Assembly (NCBI GenBank): GCA_965248925.1
Contig: CBDFLE010000005.1
Coordinates: 64,001-128,000, forward strand
Direction: 5' to 3'
Length of the DNA: 64,000 bases
Source of the DNA: Candidatus Multivoradales bacterium
Lineage (GTDB): Bacteria > Acidobacteriota > Thermoanaerobaculia > Multivoradales > J023
Shown: positions 63,611 to 64,000 of the stretch, in pieces
How the letters are laid out: every line of letters starts with the position of its first letter
Position numbering within the stretch: the stretch's first letter is position 1
Notes under the pieces: generated by a model
The model's database searches: none
Told to the model about the DNA's origin: nothing
Seen by the model: the letters and a program-made list of their open reading frames with translations, nothing else
Position numbers and translations under genes: made by a program

Positions 63611-64000
63611 ATGCGCACCCTCGCCGCCGAGGCCCTGATGCTCGACGTGGTTGATTTGCAAGAGCGCGACCGGATCATCACCTTTTTGACCGCCGAGCAT
63701 GGCAAGCGGCGGGGAGTTGCCCAGGGCGCCAAGGCCAAGTACAGCCGCTTCTCAGGGATGCTGCAACCCTTGGCCAAGGTGCGGGTGAGTTGGTTCGAGA
63801 AGGAGGGTCGTGACTTGGTGCGCATCTCCGATGTCGAGTTGCTACGGCCGGCGGAAGGGCTCAATCGAGACCTGGAAGGAATCATGCTCGGCGCTTATTT
63901 AGCCGAGCACATGAAGGAGCTAGCTCTCGAAGGTGAAGAATCGAGCCGCCTATTTCGCCTCCTCGATACCACGATTGTGGCACTCTTGGACGGCGTTCCA
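63611..64000 (+). CDS. recO: DNA repair protein RecO (partial, runs off the window)
   Basis: Translated by hand: MRTLAAEALMLDVVDLQERDRIITFLTAEHGKRRGVAQGAKAKYSRFSGMLQPL. Follows era/mgtE. Confidence 0.88.
   Translation, partial: MRTLAAEALMLDVVDLQERDRIITFLTAEHGKRRGVAQGAKAKYSRFSGMLQPLAKVRVSWFEKEGRDLVRISDVELLRPAEGLNRDLEGIMLGAYLAEHMKELALEGEESSRLFRLLDTTIVALLDGVP

Noticed and set aside
1-64000. CRISPR array or rRNA genes
   Set aside because: No regularly spaced repeats with spacers and no rRNA-like sequence were seen.

Overview
GC-rich bacterial chromosome segment. The lineage is most consistent with Acidobacteriota (Thermoanaerobaculia-like); this is inferred from the acidobacterial-type VWA protein and gene order and was not tested by search. 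Most of the window is housekeeping: an asd-like gene, pssA, tsaB, lysS, lolE/lolD, clpC, bamA-skp-lpxD-fabZ-lpxA, mtnP, surE-pcm, apt, tRNA-Arg(CCT), a pyrimidine nucleoside phosphorylase, cinA-plsY-gpsA, guaA, lgt, thiD, nnr, tsaE, phoH-pgpH-ybeY-corC-era-mgtE-recO. Accessory parts are: (1) a complete but frameshifted IS701-family element (15-bp terminal inverted repeats, AGTT target duplication) inserted next to an RHS-core fragment; (2) a decaying insert between lolD and clpC with a DUF6624 gene, two broken PH-domain genes and a small-gene/nucleotidyltransferase pair, bracketed by a 61-bp imperfect direct repeat; (3) a vapBC module; (4) the best novelty candidate, a ~12 kb cluster between apt and tRNA-Arg (26.0-38.3 kb). 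That cluster encodes an MglA-like small GTPase (split by a frameshift), three roadblock/MglB-like domains, two orphan receiver-DUF4388 proteins, an ABC-ATPase fused to a CX5R protein phosphatase, a metallophosphoesterase, a divergent kinase-like protein, an ABC1/UbiB kinase, two VOC-DUF2621-like paralogs and a DUF420 membrane protein. It looks like a self-contained GTPase/phosphorylation signalling module with no histidine kinase, ABC permease or DNA-binding output. All family calls come from motif recognition by eye, not from database searches.
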